A DNA stretch of 64,000 nucleotides from Gekko japonicus (taxonomy: Eukaryota): the NCBI RefSeq assembly GCF_001447785.1, contig NW_015159713.1, positions 1,776,956 to 1,840,955 on the forward strand, in the 5' to 3' direction. This document shows, piece after piece, positions 52,845-64,000 of this stretch (position 1 is its first letter; each line of letters starts with the position of its first letter). Under the pieces are notes generated by a model. The model saw nothing but the letters and a program-made list of their open reading frames with translations, was not told the DNA's origin and did not search any database. A program made the translations under genes and the position numbers.

Positions 52845-54487
52845 CTTTTTTTGTCCCCCCATAGGGGATTTTTAATTGCATTTTCTATAAACTACAAAGA
52901 AACAAGGAAAGGTAACTACAAACTACAGGTGAAAGTAAAGAAAAACCACTAAAAACCCAAGAGATGGTGGTCATACACAATGCTTACAACTCATTTTTTA
53001 TCCTTTTTGTTTCTCTATAGCTTAGTTTAGGGGCAGCCGCCCAAGTTCAGAAACTGAGTGCTCATCAGAAGGTGCCAGTGCTCCTTCTTCTTCCCTTGCT
53101 GCTGCCATTTTCATCTTTATCCTCTTCACCTGCTGGACCAGCATGTTGATGTGGAAATTCACGTACCTTTACAACAGAGTCAAATTTTTCTTTCTTGTCT
53201 TTAAATTTGAAGAGCATGCGTTCTGGAACACTCCATCTGTAGGGGACATTATTTTTCTGTAAGAACAGCGCCAGGTCTCTGAATTTCTTTCTCTTTTTCC
53301 TTACTTAAAATGGAATGTCCTTCAAAACTCTTATTTCTTTGTCTTTGATTTTCAGGATGGCTCCACTTGTTGCTTTCAATATTTGGTCTCTTACTTGTCT
53401 CCTGGAGAATCTCACCACAATATCGCCGGGCAGATTATTCTTTCTTATGTAGTCAGAATATGACCTATAGATCGTATCTATTCCGTTTTGTAAAAAATCC
53501 ACTTTTAAATCTGCAACCGGACCCTATGCATCGCACATAATTTGTTTCAAGTCTTCTCCTTTTGCTTCAGAGACCCCCTGGAAACTTAAGACATAGCTTG
53601 CCTTTTCCATTTGCAGCTGTAAAAGTTGAGCCTCATCAGTTGCTCTCTTTTTTTCTATCACCTGCATTTGTTTTTTAAGCTTCTGGGTGTTGGCATCCAC
53701 TTCTTTGAGCTCTTGCTCCATTTTCTCTGTCTTTTTGGTAGTTTTATTCAATTGGCTTTGTTGTGCATTGAACTTCTTATGGAGCGATGTCATTTGTTCC
53801 AGCAGAGGGTGCAGAGCCTGTCAGCATACTTTGGAAGTCTATGGTAGTGTGCTGTCTAGGAACAGAACTCGCTGGACTGGTATTTACAGCAGGGAACTTC
53901 AGTTTCGGTTGCTTATCCTTCTCCTCCCTCCTTGGAGGTGCCACGTTTGAGGGTTGTTTACTTTTTAGAAGAAGTTACAAAAGTCTCAAGATCCTTTGAT
54001 ACCGCTTGGTAAGTTCTCAAAAGTTCCTTATTATAGTGTAATTCCATTTTATAATCGCCCCCCCCCTTATAACTTTGTTTAACAGTTCATTTTTTCTTTT
54101 CGAGGGGGAGTTCCCCCCCCCATTCTGTTAAGGGGAGGCTTTCAGCTTACTTTCTGATATCTTCGCTTATACAATCACTCACATTACAGTGTAGAGCTCG
54201 CCTTTCACGATTAACTCGCCCGGCCACCAAGTGCTTGTCCCGGTGTGCGTCCCCGCGTCCATTCCTGGAAATCAGCAGCGGGACCATCGGGGCAGGGATC
54301 GGCCTCCCTTCGCCGGCCGTTTGCTGGAGGAAGGGCCCTCCAAGTGCCCCATGGCTAGGAGCCCAACGCAAGGGCTCTGGGGGGGATGCGTACCATCCCA
54401 CCCCCTCCCATTCGCTGATTCAAGGCACACGTCTCCCGGGGCTCCGGGAGAACACGACCACCATTGAGGGAACCAAAACCGGAAGCC
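52845..54487 (-). mobile_element. L1-derived element containing only the 5' UTR and a degraded ORF1 (HAL1-like), TSD-flanked
   Basis: 5' end GGCTTCCGG; GC-rich UTR; coiled coil (53524-53793); RRM-like DIVVRFSRRQVRDQIL..IRVLKDIP; CTD-like YRWSVP; ATTAAA plus A7 tail; TSD CATACTGAAGCTT/CATACTAAAGCTT. Confidence 0.75.
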
Positions 54488-56218
54488 CATACTAAAGCTT
54501 TCTGTGGGGAGAAATCTGTGTTGCCTATGGCAAAATGCATCTGTTTACTCATAATATTGAGCTTGTAGACTAATGACAAGATGTGAGCAAATCAATATTA
54601 ATATTTATCATATTTTAAAAATAGCTCATACAATCAGAGGTTTATGTACAGTGGTGTGTTTCATAAGTATATGAGCTTCTTGGTCTTTGGATATTATGCA
54701 TATATTGTTTTCAGTTTTCATTGTAGAACTAAACTAACCATAAACTTATGCAATAATTCAGCAAAAAGTCAGTTTCTTCCTTAAACATCATTTAAAGAAG
54801 AAGTAAATTTGAAATTGTACGAAGTCCACTGCAGTTTCCAAAATAACTTCCCTGCTAAGATGCAGTCCTTTATTTCCTTATGAGAAAAGGAACACTATAG
54901 ATGTTTTTAAAATACATAAGAGGCCTAGGCCGTCAATAGACCATACTATGTAGTTCTTCAGTCTCTCCAGTATAAATACAACAGTACAGCCAGTATACTG
55001 AAATTGTTGAACAACACAATTCATAAAATTGCTCATTGGAACAGGAACATTTTAACCATTTGAAGGCCTGTAATGATGGGATATTACCAGTCTGTCCCAG
55101 GCATTCTTTCCAACAGGAAGGGGCGTGCTGTACTGGCAAGCTGTGCCAACCTTGTAGAGGGTGCAACCAATATGTTTTTGGAAAGAAGATCACAAACAGG
55201 GAGAAGCAGTCCTTGAAAGCAGAAGGGTCTTAGCAAGCCATAGCTGTGACTCACTTGACAGGACAAAGGTTGAATTGGTAGTAGAAAGTAGTAAGTCTGT
55301 TAAAAGTTCTAAGAATGAAAGCTGGAATTGAGTTTATAAACACTTTTTCCTCACTCAGACTAAGACAAACTGTCCCCTTACTTTAAAAAACAAAGACGTC
55401 TTTGTAGGTTCTTCCATCATTACATAGTGCAGATTCTTTCCCCCCCTTCTGCAATACTTGAAACTCTTGGAATTTTTCCAGTGGAGGGATTCACTTACTA
55501 AAATTAGGTGGCTCTGTAATGGTATGGTATGTGACATACAACAGCATGTATTACTCTCTTTAACCATCTCTTTGTCCACCCTAACAAAATATCGAACAGC
55601 AGGATGAAAAAGAATTGGCAAGGAAGAAGGATTTCTTTTTAGATGTGACTGTGATGACAGTTACACAAGAGAATGTAGTGTGATGTTTGCTGAGGACTTT
55701 GAGCTGTAAAGAAGAAGTCTCCAATTCAAGTCACTCACCATCTCAGCCTCTGTCTTTAATCTGTACTATGGGGATAATACTGCTGACTTGTGTTACATTT
55801 ACTCACAAATACTTTCAACAATATTGCATGTGGAGTATTTTTTAACCTTTTTTATATCATCAAATTTTACAACTTTAACAAAAGCATACAAAGATAACGA
55901 AAACATACAAAGATAACAAAATATGCAACTGTTTGCAGAGCAAGGACCCTGCTGGCTCTTAATTAGATTACCAGTGATTTAGTTAGTGGTAATCTAATTA
56001 AGCTCCCCACTACTAGCTGAATAAAGTCAGACATGGAATAGGTAGGTGGTAACGGTAGGAATAGGTATAGTGGAATAGGTAGGTGGTAATGGTCAGAAAT
56101 CCTAAGATCATGATGCTGACTCTTCTTCCCGTCATGTGATGCTCATGTCATGCCTGTAGCTCAGTGAGCACATCCTGCTCCCGGCAGGTTAAAGATGGGT
56201 TCTAGGCCTGGAAATATT

Positions 56219-57368
56219 GTTGTTCAGTCGCACAGTCGAGTCCGACTCTTCGCGACCCCATGGACAATCTCCCGCCAGGCTCTCCTGTCTTCCGCCGTCC
56301 TCCGAAGTTGGCTCAATTTCATGTTCGTTGCATCGCTGACACTGTCTAACCATCTCATCCTTTGCCGTCCCCGTCTTCTTTGACCTTCAATCTTTCCCAG
56401 CATCAGGGTCTTTTCCAGTGAGTGCTCCCTTCTCATTTGGTGGCCAAAGTATTTGAGCTTCAGTTTCATTATCTGGCCTTCCAGGGAACAGTCAGGGTTG
56501 ATTTCTTTGAGGATTGACTGATTTGTTCTTCTTGCAGTCCAAGGGACTCTCAAGAGTCTTCTCCAGCACCATAGTTCAAAAGAATCTATTCTTCGGCGCT
56601 CGGCCTTCCTTATAGTCCAACTCTCACAGCCATACATGACTACTGGGAATACCATTGCTTTGACCATGCGGACTTTTGTTGGCAGGGTGATGTCTCTACT
56701 TTTTATCATGCTGTTTAGGTTCGCCATCGCTTTCCTCCCAAGGAGCAGGCGTCTTTTAATTTCATGGCTGCAGTCACAGTCTGCGGTGATCTGGGATCCC
56801 AGGAACGTGAAGTCTGTCACTACTTCCACGACTTCCCCTTCTATTTGCCAAGGAGTGATGGGGCCGGATGCCATGATCTTAGTTTTTTTGATGTTGAGCT
56901 TCAAGCCCACTTTTGCGCTCTCCTCTTTTACTCTGAGCAAGAGGCTCTTTAGATCCTTTTCACTTTCAGCCATTAGAGTGGTATCATCTGCATATCTGAG
57001 GTTGTTGATCTTTTCCCCAGCAATCTTAATTCCCGCTTGTGATTCATCCAGGCCAGCATTTCGCATGATGTACTCTGCATATATATTAAATAAGCAAGGC
57101 GACAATATACATCCTTGTCGTACTCCTTTTCCTATGCTGAACCAATCAGTTGTTCCATATCCGGTTCTAACTGTCGCTTCTTGGCCCTTATACAGGTTTC
57201 TCAAGAGACATGTGAGGTGGTCTGGTACTCCCATCTCTTTAAGGACCTGCCATAGTTTGTTGTGATCCACACAGTCAAAAGCTTTAGCATAGTCAATGAA
57301 GCAGAAGTAGATATTTTTCTGGTACTCTCTTGCTTTCTCCATAATCCAGCGAATATTAAATGTTAATA
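56219..57368 (-). mobile_element. RTE-BovB LINE, 5'-truncated, RT frame uninterrupted
   Basis: ORF 56224-57387 contains FIDYAKAFDCVDH, GVRQGCILSP, LRYADD and VHGVAKSRTRL; (CAA)n tail; TSD TGGAAATATT at 56209 and 57369. Confidence 0.95.
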
Positions 57369-57541
57369 TGGAAATATTAAAGACCACTGTTTAAATGACA
57401 TTTCCATGTATTTCGTTATGACTGCACCTTTGCTTTCATTGAAGTTGTAAGTAGTTATACTTCTATAGTTACTCATGAGATTAAAAATTGCAGTATTTTT
57501 TCATCTGAAAATGTGATTGCTTCTGTTCTTTTTCCAGATGA

Positions 57542-63462
<5,921 letters not shown>

Positions 63463-64000
63463 GTAAGTATTATACATGCATCACATTTTGTTCATTGTGT
63501 TATCTCCTTTCTCTTTTATGCAACACAAATTTCAGAGAACACATAATCTTCTTAAAATTGTACAAATTAAATCTCTTTTTGGATACAATGGTAACTTAAA
63601 ATTGCACAAAAGTTAAAATTATATAACACAAATGGTGAGAGATTCTCACCACTTCAGAGTATGTCAGTCATCCCAGTGAAATTGATTGTTTCCCTAGTCT
63701 ACTGGAATGGGAGGGGGGGTCACTTCATATCATGTTTTGGAGGCCCTTAAAAACATGGAAGGACATTCTCAGCACTTCAGAATATTTTCCAGCCAGCCAT
63801 GAAGTGCATTATTCTGCCTGTCCAGTCAGTTTTGGAGAGAGGGTTATAGCCTAACATGAAACTTGGGGAGAGGGCTTGTGCTGAGCTATAATATGAGGTA
63901 CTTAAAATGGTGAGAGATTCTTGCCAGTTCTGAATGGTTATCCAATTTTGTGGGAAGCTCCTGGTAAAACAGAGCTGATGTAAGGGCCACAGCTGTCAAT

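Noticed and set aside
56636-57265. 209-aa plus-strand ORF
   Set aside because: It is the antisense shadow of the BovB RT frame.

Overview
Vertebrate nuclear DNA from a squamate reptile. The repeat families (Sauria SINE, BovB, Squam3-like SINEs) point to a lizard, possibly a gecko; the taxon is an inference. The window holds the conserved PLK4-MFSD8-ABHD18 block. PLK4 (+) is complete: 16 coding exons, 11681-30750, 970 aa by manual splicing. MFSD8/CLN7 (-) is complete: 12 coding exons, 44995-32883, 530 aa. ABHD18/C4orf29 (+) is partial: a non-coding exon 1 at about 45250-45510 and six coding exons at 57551-63462, running off the window. MFSD8 and ABHD18 share a CpG-rich bidirectional promoter. 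The rest is transposon-derived: a chromodomain Gypsy 3' end, a solo LTR, Penelope, BovB, L1 ORF1, L2, CR1, a Helitron, hAT MITEs and three SINE families. The most notable observations are a complete U12-type AT-AC intron followed by a 28-nt exon in ABHD18, an ORF1-only L1 derivative with its own polyA signal and target-site duplication (TSD), a GC-rich non-autonomous Helitron beside an MFSD8 exon, a SINE tail that appears to supply the polypyrimidine tract of PLK4 exon 13, a GAG acceptor at PLK4 exon 12, and an unbroken BovB RT frame. I see no convincing evidence of a wholly new multi-gene system. All coordinates were read by eye: exon edges were phase-checked, and repeat edges are approximate unless a TSD is quoted.
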